A DNA stretch of 21,274 nt, from NCBI RefSeq assembly GCF_006345805.1, contig NW_021824582.1, positions 1 to 21,274 of the forward strand. Reading direction: 5' to 3'. A program made the position numbers and the translations under genes. The DNA is from Octopus sinensis. Lineage: Eukaryota. Each line of letters starts with the position of its first letter. The first letter of the stretch is position 1. The notes under the pieces are model-generated. The model saw only the letters and a list, made by a program, of their open reading frames with translations. It did not search any database and was not told the origin of the DNA. Of the stretch, positions 9,033 to 19,802 are shown piece after piece.

Positions 9033-9400
9033 GTTGGAATTGATCCAAAAGCCATAGAAACCCTTGCTTCAGACCGAGTTCAATGGCAAACAAAATTGCA
9101 TTGAAAGTTTTGAAGAAGCCAGGATGACCCAATCAAAACTGAAAACAAAATCAATGAAAAATGTTATTATCAACGAGAAAATGAAATTCAACAATTTCTT
9201 TTGTGTGTGGAGAATATTTTCTGAAAATTCTATTTCTGGACCATATCTCATTTGCGAAGCCATACAAAACGAACCTCCACCAACTATTCTGCGTATATGT
9301 CTGTGCACACATTTCAATACTCTGTATGCCAGAAGGTCTGAAAATCTAAGGGACGTCTCAATACACTTTAGGACCCACAAAGATCACAGCTCATCTGCAC
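9033..9400 (+). pseudogene. Decayed RTE-clade LINE ORF C-terminus with C2H2-like finger remnants
   Basis: VGIDPKAIETLASDRVQWQTKLH* then ESFEEARMTQSKLK; SHLRSH at 9246-9263; a second finger FQYSVCQKV*KSKGRL/IHFRTH; multiple stops and frameshifts. Confidence 0.75.
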
Positions 9401-9526
9401 CACTTGGTCATACAAACCGGGCATGCATATGTATGTGCATGTATATAAATATAACTGTAAATGTAAATATAAATATATGTATATATATGTATATATATGT
9501 ATATATATTATATATATGTATGTATA

Positions 9527-9848
9527 GGCGCAGGAGTGGCTGTGTGGTAATTATTTTGTTTACCAACCATATGGTTTCGTGTTCATTCCCACTCCGTGGC
9601 ACCTTGGGCAAGTATCTTCTACTATAGCCTCGGGGAGACCAGCGCCCTGTGAGTGGATTTGGTAGATGAAAACTGTGTCTGTATTTGTCCCCCCAAGATC
9701 GCTTGACAACCGATGGTGGTGTGTTCGGCAAATGAGACCGATAGAATAAGTATTAGGCTTCCAAAGTATAGGTCCTGGGGTAGATTTGCTCGACTAAAGA
9801 GCGATGCTCCAGCATGGCTGCAGTCAAATGACTGAAACGAGAAAAATA
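9527..9848 (+). mobile_element. tRNA-derived SINE family A, full length with an internal deletion
   Basis: Head GGCGCAGGAGTGGCTGTGTGGTAA (A-box-like TGGCTGTGTGG), body CCTTGGGCAAGT.TCTTCTACTATAGCC, tail GACTGAAACGAGAAAAATAG. Confidence 0.92.
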
Positions 9849-9896
<48 letters not shown>

Positions 9897-9979
9897 ATAT
9901 AAAATAAAATAATATATATATATATATAGATATATATATATCTATATATATATATATATATATTTATTAGATAAATATA

Positions 9980-10275
9980 TGGCCCAGTGGTTAGTGCAAC
10001 GGACTCACGGTTGTAGAATCGCGGTTTCGTTTCCCAGGCAAGCGTTGTGAGTGATTCTTGAGCTAAAACACCTAAAACTCCACGAGGCTCCGGCTGAGGG
10101 TGGTGGTGATCCCTGCTGTACTCTTTCGCCACACCTTTCTCTCAGTCTTTCTTCTGTTGGCCTACTCGCTTAGCCAGCGAGGTTGCGTCATTTGAAGGCT
10201 AAAACAATACGAAACTTATTGTGACCAGCGATGTGTAGCAGCATCTGACAGCCTGGTTGGTCACGGTGACGGTGA
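9980..10275 (+). mobile_element. tRNA-derived SINE family B, near full length
   Basis: A-box TGGCCCAGTGG at 9980; colinear with the reverse complement of 7331-7628. Confidence 0.9.
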
Positions 10276-10672
<397 letters not shown>

Positions 10673-10675
10673 CTT

Positions 10676-10850
10676 TTTGTTTTCCTGAGTCAGTTATTAA
10701 ACTGCAATCATGCTGGAGCAAACATTTGTAAAGATTTAAAACCCAAAATAAATTACTCCGGCAATTTTTCTTTAGCCTACGTCTTATTCTATCGGATGTC
10801 TTTTGCCGAACCGCTACATAATAGAGACAAACACAGATACAAAGAGAGAA
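10676..10850 (-). mobile_element. SINE family A, 3' half, diverged
   Basis: CATGCTGGAGCA, CTTATTCTATCGG and TTTTGCCGAACCGCTA are reverse complements of the family A tail. Confidence 0.8.
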
Positions 10851-11394
10851 AGAGAGACAAAGAGTGAGAGAATGAGGCAAATAAACATGTGAAACTTCTT
10901 GGGATTGATATATAAAATAAATATCAATGGATAGATGTTAGCAGAGAGGAAGCAAAGATTGAGGATGTTCCACTCTCTGCTTTGTCTTTATCTCCGTGTA
11001 TCCATGGATTTCTGTTGCAGCCACTCTTCATGTCGGGGACTTGGTCGTCGGTAAAGCTTTCCGAGTCGAAGTTGAATCTGTTTGGTAGCTGCTAAGTGTT
11101 TTCTACATTGAGAATCTCTTGAGATCTGTTCAATCTCTCTCTTTCTCGCTCTCTCTCTCTTCTCTCTCTCTATCTATCTATCTCTCTCTCTAATCTATCT
11201 ATCTATCTCTCTTTCTCTCTCTCTGACGTCTGTATATATATATGAATATATTTGTGTGTGTGTGTGTGTGTGTGTGTTTATATATGTATGTATAGATGTA
11301 TGCATATGCTTATAGTATATATTTATTGAATATATATATATATACATGTGTATCTATATATATATATATATATATATATATCTGTGTGTGCATT

Positions 11395-11805
11395 TCTTTC
11401 TTTCTCTTCTTATTCTCTTACTTGTTTCAGTCGTTTGACTGCGGCCATGCTGGAGCACCGCCTTTAGTCGAGCAAATCGACCCCGGGACTTATTCTTTGT
11501 AAGCCTAGTACTTATTCTATCAGTCTCTTTTGCCGAACCGCTAAGTGACGGGGACGTAAACACACCAGCATAGGTTGTCAAGCAATGTTAGAGGGATAAA
11601 CACAGGCACATAAACATATACACATATGCATTACATATATACGACAGGCTTCTTTCAGTTTCCGTCTACCAAATCTACTCACAAAGCATTGGTTGGCCTG
11701 AGGCTATAGCAGAAGACACTTGCCCAAGAAGCCACGCAGTGGGACTGAACCCAGAACCATGTGGTTGTTAAGCAAACTACTTACCACACAGCCACCCCTA
11801 AGTCT
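11395..11805 (-). mobile_element. SINE family A, full length
   Basis: B-box-like GGGTTCAGTCCC (reverse complement of 11741-11752), A-box-like TGGCTGTGTGG, complete body and purine-rich tail. Confidence 0.92.
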
Positions 11806-11817
11806 ATATACATATAT

Positions 11818-11982
11818 ACGACAGGCTTCTTTCAGTTTCCGTCTAACAAATCCACTCACAAGGTATTGGTTGGCCCGAGGCTATAGCAGAAGACACTTGC
11901 CCAAGATGCCACGCAGTAGGACTGAACTCAGAACCATGTGGTTGGTTAGCAAGCTACCTACCACACTGCCACTTCTGCGTCT
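11818..11982 (-). mobile_element. SINE family A 5' half, tandem duplicate of 11641-11805
   Basis: CATATATACGACAGGCTTCTTTCAGTTTCCGTCTA is repeated 177 bp apart. Confidence 0.9.
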
Positions 11983-12129
11983 ATGTATATATATATGCAC
12001 ACACATACATACGGAACCTTCACAGCTGTTCTACTGGTTGTTATCACCCTTAAGATGAAACTTTAATTTAACAGTTCAAGGGCAATAACTCTTGTAGAAT
12101 AAGAAGTATTACTTCCCTTAATGTAGTTA

Positions 12130-12730
12130 ATTAAATTCCGTCTCTTTCGTGGGCCACAATATAAACGTCCCGCCAATTTTGGCGAGTTGTCCGTGTTTCA
12201 GCGGAATTGCTCAAACGGTGATTCGAAATCGATCCGCTTACCGTCGCCGTCCGATCATGCGAAAAGAAAATCAATCAGTCAGGCGGCCATCCGTTCAATC
12301 GACGAGGCGAAAACTATCGTTATTTTACGATTAGTGATTCTCTTCGGAGAAACTTGCTTAAGAGAACAGTTACCACACTGCGGTGTGTTGTGTCTATTCT
12401 TGCGAAAGACATGATCCAGTATCCGAGGCGTGGTGTAGCTCGGTGTGAAGAGGTTAGCATTATCCAACGACATCGGCGACACGAATCACTCGGGAAATCA
12501 TCGAAACTGAACGATGCCGGAAAAGATGGCTCTACCCACCAGAATATGCACCCTCAACGTCAAGATATCAGTGTATTTGTCTAAGTCTGTCTCGGAGTCG
12601 AACCCAAGCTGGAGCCTCATCAGCGCCCTTCTCTGGTTGCTGGCTCTGTTCAGTGTGTCCGTCTGATTGTTTAGTTGCAGTCTTGTTTCTCGATGTCGCT
12701 CGATGGAAATAGAAAACTGCGAGTCACGGG
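12130..12730. other. CpG-rich unique sequence of unknown nature
   Basis: Visibly higher GC and CpG content than the flanks; no recognised protein motif in the short ORFs. Confidence 0.4.
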
Positions 12731-12779
12731 GCAATAACAGGAACACAGAGAGAGGAATGATGCAGGCTATCAGGCAGGC

Positions 12780-13190
12780 ATTGGAGAGAGAGAGAGAGAG
12801 AGAGTGGGAGTGAGAGACAAAGGGAGAGAGGGAGGATGAGTAAGAGAGAGAGTGGGAAAAAGGGTGAGAGGGGGAGACAGATAGGAACAGAGAGAGAGAG
12901 AAGAAAGAAAGAGAGAGAGAGAAAGACAGAGAGAGTGGGAGTGAGAGACAAAGAGAGAGAGAGGGAGAACGAGTATGAGATAGAGTGGGAGAAAGAGAGA
13001 AGGGGAGAGAGAGAAAAAGGAGAAAGAAAGAGAGAGAGAGAAAGACAGAGATAGAGTGGGAGTGAGAGACAAAGAGAGAGAGGGAGAATGAGTTAGAGAG
13101 AGAGTGGGAGAAAGGGTGAGAGGGGAAGACAGTTAGGGACAGAGAGAGAATGGGAGAGAGATAGATAAGGACAGAAAGAGAAAGGGGCAG
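12780..13190. repeat. GA-rich minisatellite, ~3 units of 120-130 bp
   Basis: GTGGGAGTGAGAGACAA at ~12804, 12935 and 13056. Confidence 0.9.
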
Positions 13191-13191
13191 G

Positions 13192-13800
13192 TATTAGTTC
13201 TTCCGTCGTTGTCGACGATGACCAAATAAATTACATGGGAGAAGGAGATGGGTAAAGGTGTGTCTGGCAGTGGTCGTCCAGTCCAATACGTGCTGGGAAG
13301 TCTTTGCCACAGGTCGGGCAATGGTTGTCTGCTGGGTCTGAAGGCAAGAAGCCGACTCTGGACCCGCATAATTGAAGCTTTCGTTGCCCTTGTAATCCTT
13401 TTCTAGGTTGCAAGGTATATCTGGGTCAATTAGTACCTCTGTCAAGGGCAGATGCAGTGACCTTTGGAGTAGTCCGTCCACTTTGGTCCTCCCGTGACTC
13501 CCACCTCTCACCTGTGGTTCATCATTGCTATCTGCATGCAACAGTATCCACGCCCAGGCTCACGGCTTCCACAGGCTGGCTAAACCATGGTAAGGGTAGC
13601 ACACGGCCTTTAACCATTGGTGGACTAGGGCTTGTCTATCTAACGATGTGAACCGATTGAGTGTGCTGAGGAAACCACTAGACAGGCTCACAGACCCGCA
13701 AATTTTGTGGAGGGTGAACTGCACACTGTCTGTAGTTTTCTTGACTTCATCCTTCCACAGAGGACGGGACGAGAGAGTGAGCCAGATGCTATTGTGCAAC
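13192..13800 (-). pseudogene. Decayed RTE-clade LINE 3' fragment
   Basis: HCPTCGKDFPARIGLDDHCQTH (RTE C-terminal C2H2-like motif); upstream remnants DEPQVRGGSHGRTK, IDP and LNRF; 3' UTR GGTCATCGTCGACAACGACGGAAGAAC. The boundary beyond ~13520 is less certain. Confidence 0.8.
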
Positions 13801-13868
13801 CTTCCCTCACTTTAATCTATGTCACGCTCAATTCAAGATATCACACCATCCCAGGGTCAAGTAAAATA

Positions 13869-14106
13869 TTGGGTTGGTGCATAATTATTGCGGCTAATTT
13901 CAAGAAATATTATTCAACAAAAACAATAAAAATATTTATCAAAAACATCTTTACATGATCGTCTATCAAGCGAATGGGAAACAGTTATTGAAGTAGATGG
14001 TGAATATGCTCCGGAATAATCATTTAAAGATGTTTTTGTTACATGTTATTGTTTTTGTTGAATAAAATTTGTTGAAAAAATCCACAATAATTATGCACCA
14101 AGCCAA
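13869..14106 (+). mobile_element. mariner-derived MITE (238 bp) with long TIRs and TA target-site duplication
   Basis: TA|TTGGGTTGGTGCATAATTATTG...CAATAATTATGCACCAAGCCAA|TA; arms extend ~85 bp; internal RLSSEWETVIEVDGEYAPE* (13960-14019) resembles the mariner transposase C-terminus. Confidence 0.92.
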
Positions 14107-14589
14107 TATATGGACACACACACACACAAATCGGCCGACAATGGCAAAGAGACGGACGGAACAACGGTTCGCCTATTGATGAGAGAATCGGATGTGAGGA
14201 CATCTGGATGGAACTCCGCTTCAGAGAGCATCGTGCGGTGTGTGGAGGGAGAGAAAGGGACGGAGCGATGGCGAGTGATGCCTATTATTAAAAAGAGTTA
14301 GAATAATATAAAATAGTGTTTATAACACATTATCGATAAATATCGAACATTGATCAATGGAATTAGTACAGATTGCGACTCCACGTCACTGATTCGTTTT
14401 TTATTTCGCTTTTTCACATTTCCAATTCTTTACTTTTCCTTTCACTCTGCCTGCAATCATCACACAGTTTGCATGGTCGCTGGAGTGAAGGCAAGTGGCT
14501 TAGAGGTTAGGGGTATTCGGCTTAGATTTGGGGTGATATATTAATATATGCTGAGGTGGGAGACCGAGGATTTTCTAAGTACTCTTAAT

Positions 14590-14830
14590 TTTTATATGAG
14601 TGACAACACAAAACTTTGATATACTTGGCTGTTATTTCTAGCATCACCTAGGTTCACCAATTGTATATTATTCCTCCGGATGCTTCTTAACGTCTCCTTC
14701 AATCTTTCATGAAAAACAATGCAGAATATAGTGTATTGAACTGTTATTTCTACCATCTTACCCGACCACCTGTAGGACAATATGTTTGATAGACGCTTCG
14801 TCAAGTGTCCTGCTTTTATAAAACAAAAAC
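14590..14830 (+). repeat. Array of diverged units carrying (TT)GGCTGTTATTTCTAGCA
   Basis: Motif at 14625-14643 and a variant at 14741-14755; same unit structure as 16975-17400. Confidence 0.75.
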
Positions 14831-14934
14831 TTTAGGAATTTCAAGGTGTTTGGTTGCTGTTTCACGAATGATGCGAGACAATAGAGGGGTGAGATTCTTT
14901 TGTAAAAGTCGAAATGGTTTTGGGAGGGAGACAA

Positions 14935-15102
14935 TGAGATTAAGGGAAAGAAAGAGAGAGAGAGTAAAAGGAAGGAAAGAATGAAAGAGAGTGAGAGAGA
15001 GAGAGAGAAAGGAAGAAAGAAAAGAGAAAAAGAAGGAAGGAAAGAAAAGAGTAGTGAAGGAATAAAGTAACGGGATTCTGTAATAATGCATGAAATGAGA
15101 GC

Positions 15103-15135
<33 letters not shown>

Positions 15136-16975
15136 GAAGGCTGGAGGGAAGGAAGAAGGAAGGAAATAAGGAAGTAAAAGAAGGAAGGAAAAAAGGCAGT
15201 AAGGAAAGAAAGAAAGGGAGAAAGAAAGAAAGTAAAAAGGAAAGAAAGAAAGAAAGAAAGGGAGAAAGAAAGGAAGAAAGGGAGAAAGTAAGAAAGAAAG
15301 GGAAACAGAAAAGAAAGAAGGTTAGAAGGAAAAAGAGGGAAAGATAGAAAGAATGAAGGGAAAAAAGAAAAAAGAAAGAAAGAAGGAAAAAAGAAGGAAA
15401 GAAAGTGAGAAGGATAAGAGCAGGGTGAGAGGGAGAGAGAGAAAAAGGAGACAAGGAAAGGAAACGAAGCAACGACAGAAAAAAGAAAGGAAGAAAAATG
15501 AAAGACGGATTGACGAAGGAAAGATGAGAGGGAAGAAAGAAAAAAGAATGAAGGGTAAGAAGAAGGAAATGAAAAAGAGAAAGTAAACAAAGAAATAAGG
15601 AAAATAAAGGAAGGAAGGAAAGAAAGAATGAGAGAAATGAAGGAAGGAAGAAAGAAAGAAAGGAAAGAAAGAAAGAAAAAGGAAAAAAAGAAACAAATAA
15701 AGAAGGATGAAAGAAAGAAAGAAAGAAAGAAAGAAAAAGGAAAAAAAGAAATGAAGGAAGAAAGAAAGAAAGAAAGGAAAGAAAGAAAGAAAAAGGAATA
15801 AAAGAAATGAAGGAAGAAAGAAAGAAAGAAAGGAAAGAAAGAAAGAAAAAGGAAAAAAGAAATGAAGAAAGAAAGAAAGAAAGAAATGAGGGAAATGAAG
15901 GAAGAAAGAAAGAAACAAAAAAACAAATAAAAAAATTAAATAAGGAAAGAAAGAAAGAAAGAAAGAAAAAATGAGGGAAATGAAGGAAGGGAGAAAGAAA
16001 GAAAGGAAAAAAGAAAGAAAAAAGACAAAGAAAAAAGAAAGAAAGAACGGATGAAAGAAAGAAAGAAATAAAGAAAGGAAAAGGAAAGAAAAAAGAAAGG
16101 AGGAAAGAAAGGAAAATGAAAGAAAGAAAGAAAACAGAAAGTAAGTAAAGGGAAACAAAAGAAAGAAAGAATGAGAGAGAGAAAGAGAGGAAGGCGACGT
16201 AATTCTGTAAAAATGATGAGAAGAAAGAGGGAGAGGGAGAGAGACAGTGGGGGAGGAAGGAGGAGGGATTAGAGAAATAAATGTTAAGAAGAGAGGAGGA
16301 GTATGAGATGAGAGAGAAAGAGTAAAAAGGCGGAGCATTAATATATAATAAGGTAATAGAGAGAGGGAGAGGGAGAGAGGGAGAAAGAGAGAGACAGAGA
16401 AACAGAGACACGGAGACAGAGAGAGACATAAGAAGCAAGAGGGAGAAAGAGAGAGACTGAAATAGAGAAATCGAGAGAGCAAAGAGAGAGAAAGACAGAT
16501 ATAGAAAAGAGGAGAGGGAGAAGAAAGGAGGAGAAAGGGAGGGAAAGAATGAGGTGAGAGAATGAGAGAATATTATATAAGGAGGTGGAGGGAGAGAGAG
16601 AATGATACATAGGTTTAGAAAGAGAGGGAGAGTGTGACGTGGGGCGGAGCGCAAAAGAGGTAGAGGGAGAGTATGAGATATGAGGTGGTAAAGAGGGAGG
16701 GAGAGAGAGACAAAAAGTGAGGGAGGGGGAAGGAAATAGAGATGATTTATGAGATATATGCTTTGTGAGGGAGGGAGAGTAAGAGTTGAGAGAAAACGAG
16801 GGATGAGGGAGGCGGGGTTAAACAATAACATAAGTAAGTGACAGAGGGGGAGGGAGAGGAGTAGCGAAGGAGAGGGAATGATGTGTGTGATAAGAGAGGG
16901 AGTATATCATGTATTAGAGAAAGGAAGAGGGGAAGGATGAGGTATTAATAGAGAATGAGGAAGGAGAGAGAAGAG
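14935..16975 (+). repeat. ~2-kb polypurine tract, (GAAA)n/(GGAA)n/(GA)n
   Basis: Direct inspection; source of the 671-, 386- and 328-aa F/L/S ORFs. Confidence 0.97.
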
Positions 16976-17400
16976 TTTCGAAGTGTCCTTCATTTTCATA
17001 TGAAACACTAAACCAAACTTTAACATACTTGGCTGTTATTTCTAGCATCACATTTGATCCCCAATTGGACTATATTTCCTTAGAAGCTCCTTAAAGTGAC
17101 CTTCATGATAACAATGTAAAGTATAGCGTAATGGGCTGTTATTTCTAGCAAGATACCACACCACCAATACGTTTTATAGACGCTTCTTCACTTGGTTTCT
17201 CATCCGATGAAGAAGTCTGACCAGATCCGGGAAAAAGTTTTATAAATGCTTCTTAAATTGTCTTTCAATTTCGTATGAAAAACAAAGCAACTTTGAGTGT
17301 AGTGGGCTGTTATTTCTAGTTATTTCTAGCATGATGTCAAACCAGGTGTAGGAGGATTCTTTGAATAAATGCTTCTTAAATTGTCCGTCAATGTCTCGGC
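16975..17400 (+). repeat. Continuation of the GGCTGTTATTTCTAGCA unit array
   Basis: Motif at 17029-17047, 17134-17150 and 17305-17331; (A/T)GC(T)TCCTTAA/ATGCTTCTTAAATTGTC also recurs. Confidence 0.8.
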
Positions 17401-17599
17401 TATTTAATTTGCTCAATTAAGGACTACACAGTAATTATGTAATTAATGGTTAGTTAAATAATTAGCTTCTGGTAAAATAATTAGCGAGAGAGAAATTTGA
17501 AGGTAAATCTGAAAATATAATTTATTTGTAAGAAAGTAAGGTTTCTTAGGGATAAGGGGAGAGGAAGAGGGAGAGGGTGAGATATAAGGAGGTGGGGGA

Positions 17600-18390
17600 G
17601 ATAAAGAGAGAAAGAAAGGAAGAAAGAGTGAGAGAGAGAAACCATAGGGGAGGGGAGGGATATATTAATGTATGAGGAAGCAGAGAAAGAATGAGAGTGG
17701 GAGAGAGAGAGAGACAGAATGTGGGAGAGAGAGAGAGAGGGAGAGAGAAAGGAAGAAAGAGTGAGAGAGAGAAACCCTAGGGAAGGGGAGGGATATATTA
17801 ATGTATGAGGAAGCAGAGAAAGAATGAGAGTGGGAGAGAGAGAGAGAGACAGAATGCTGAGAGAGAGAGAGAGAAAGAAAGGAAGAAAGGTGAGAGAGAG
17901 AACCCTAGGGAAGGAGGGATATTTAATGTATGAGGCAAGAAAGAATGAGAGTGGGAGAGAGAGAGAGAGACAGAATGCGTGAGAGAGAGATAGAGAGAGA
18001 AAGGAAGAAAGAGTGAGAGAGAGAAAGCCTAGGGAAGGGGAGGGATATATTAATGTATGAGGAAGCAAAAAAGAATGAGAGTGGGAGAGAGAGAGAGAGA
18101 CAGAATGCGTGAGAGAGATAGAGAGAGAAAGGAAGAAAGAGTGAGAGAGAGAAAGCCCAGGGAAGGGGAGAGATATATTAATGTATGAGGAAGGAGAGAA
18201 AGAATTAGAGTGGGAGAGAGAGAGAGAGAGAGAGAGAGAAAGAAAGGAAGAATGAGTGAGAGAGAGAAACCCTAGGGAAGGGGAGGGATATATTAATGTA
18301 TGAGGAAGCAGAGAAAGAATGAGAGTGGGAGAGAGAGAGAGAGACAGAATGCATGTATGTGTGAGAGAGAGAGAGAGAGAGAGACAGACA
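17600..18390 (+). repeat. Purine-rich minisatellite, 6 units of ~115-133 bp
   Basis: GATAT(A)TTAATGTATGAGG at ~17658, 17791, 17917, 18043, 18171 and 18286. Confidence 0.93.
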
Positions 18391-19056
18391 TATATACAGT
18401 TAGTGAGGGAGAGGAAGAGGTGAACGCTTTTGCAAGGGAGGTGGCCGGTGATTAAAATGAATATATAATGAGGTTCTGAGAGAAAGGAGACAAAGAGGGA
18501 GAAGTGGGAGGATATGTTTCGTAGGGGGGAGAGAAAGAGTATGAAAATGCATTAAGGGTTCAGTGAGGTACAGACAGAGGGAATTAAGAGGAAAAGCAAG
18601 GGAGGGGGAAGCATTGGGTAATATATGAGGAGGTGGGAGAGGGAGGCGAAGAGAAAGAGACAAAGAGGGAGAGCGCGCTTATTGGACGATATATATTTAG
18701 TAATAGGGGAAGGGTATGAGTTAATAAAGAAAGCAAAATGGGCGGAGTCAGTCTACGTTATGCAAAGTGGTGGGAGGAGTCAACGTTGAAAGGGTAAGAA
18801 CAATAACTCTTATTGCATCCCTTTTCGCTTTAAATTGTATTTTTTTCTTGCGCAGAATTTGAAGATTTCCAAAAATGATTGAATGTAAATAATAGATTGA
18901 AGGGTTTAATATTGCAATTCTTAGCCCTTAATTTCCTCCTCGTAATCTTCACACTGCACCCTGCACCTATTGTGGATGCAGCTGCTAGAAATAGCAGCCA
19001 AACATCGCATACTAAATGAAACCACTTATTTATTTAATTGCTTCAAAATTTATTTA

Positions 19057-19180
19057 TTAAGTTGAGGAAAAAGTTCGTGCGTTTGGTCTTTATTTTGAAG
19101 AATATTTGTTGCTTTTGAATAAATTCTTGCATAAAAAATCATTATTTTAACACGACGCACAGACTTTTCCCTCAATCTAA
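19057..19180. mobile_element. Small mariner-type MITE (124 bp) with TA target-site duplication
   Basis: Left TTAAGTTGAGGAAAAAGTTCGTGCGT versus reverse-complemented right TTAGATTGAGGGAAAAGTCTGTGCGT (21/26 identical), both flanked by TA. Confidence 0.75.
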
Positions 19181-19802
19181 TAGTTTCTATTTTATAATTG
19201 GCATTTGGTCAGATAACTGCAAAGATTAGCCATTGACTGTCCACTACAAAGAGAAGGGAGCAAGAATATGCAATGAAAGTGCAGTTTAGTGCAGCCGTGC
19301 ACTGGTTGTCGTCCTATTTTAAGCTGCAAAAATGTGAAAGTAAACTTCGAGAAGGAAAGGGATCAGACCGGAAGTGATGAGAATAGAACAGGAAACAAGT
19401 GAATGCCATCTAACGGAGAACAATTCATCTCATAGTGACCACGCCTCTACCACCGAAACATCTCGACACACTGTTTTTACTCATCGCAGGCCGGTCTCAT
19501 GGATGTGTGACGGAGCTGTGTTGCCGGGAAAGAGCTACGAGAACGGAAATCGACGGAAATTGACGCATCTCGACGGTTATGAAGGAGTTCAGTGTGAAGA
19601 TATTAAATGCCTTTCGGTATTGCTTCCCGAATTTCCTGCCTCAGAGCTTCCTGAAAATGGAGATTTTAAATTATATTTTCTAAAACTGAGCTTCTCATGC
19701 TGTAAATTGCGATTATATCGGAATATTTGATGAAAACATTTTTCCTTCTTCGATGTGAGGAGTTTTAGAAAATGCCTTTCAGAGTGTGTCGATTACAATT
19801 AT

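Noticed and set aside
14816-16831. 671-aa ORF (and overlapping 386- and 328-aa ORFs) resembling a membrane protein
   Set aside because: The pyrimidine strand of a (GAAA)n tract cannot form stop codons; the product is only F/L/S low complexity
17204-17240. CCGATGA...GAAA as another hammerhead
   Set aside because: The core starts CCGA rather than CUGA, and no convincing stems I or II
17481-18663. 195-aa and 87-aa L/S/P-rich ORFs
   Set aside because: Antisense reading of purine-rich minisatellites
19374-19730. 118-aa ORF as a real gene
   Set aside because: No recognisable domain; its inverted homologue at 20894-20968 has several stops in the equivalent frame
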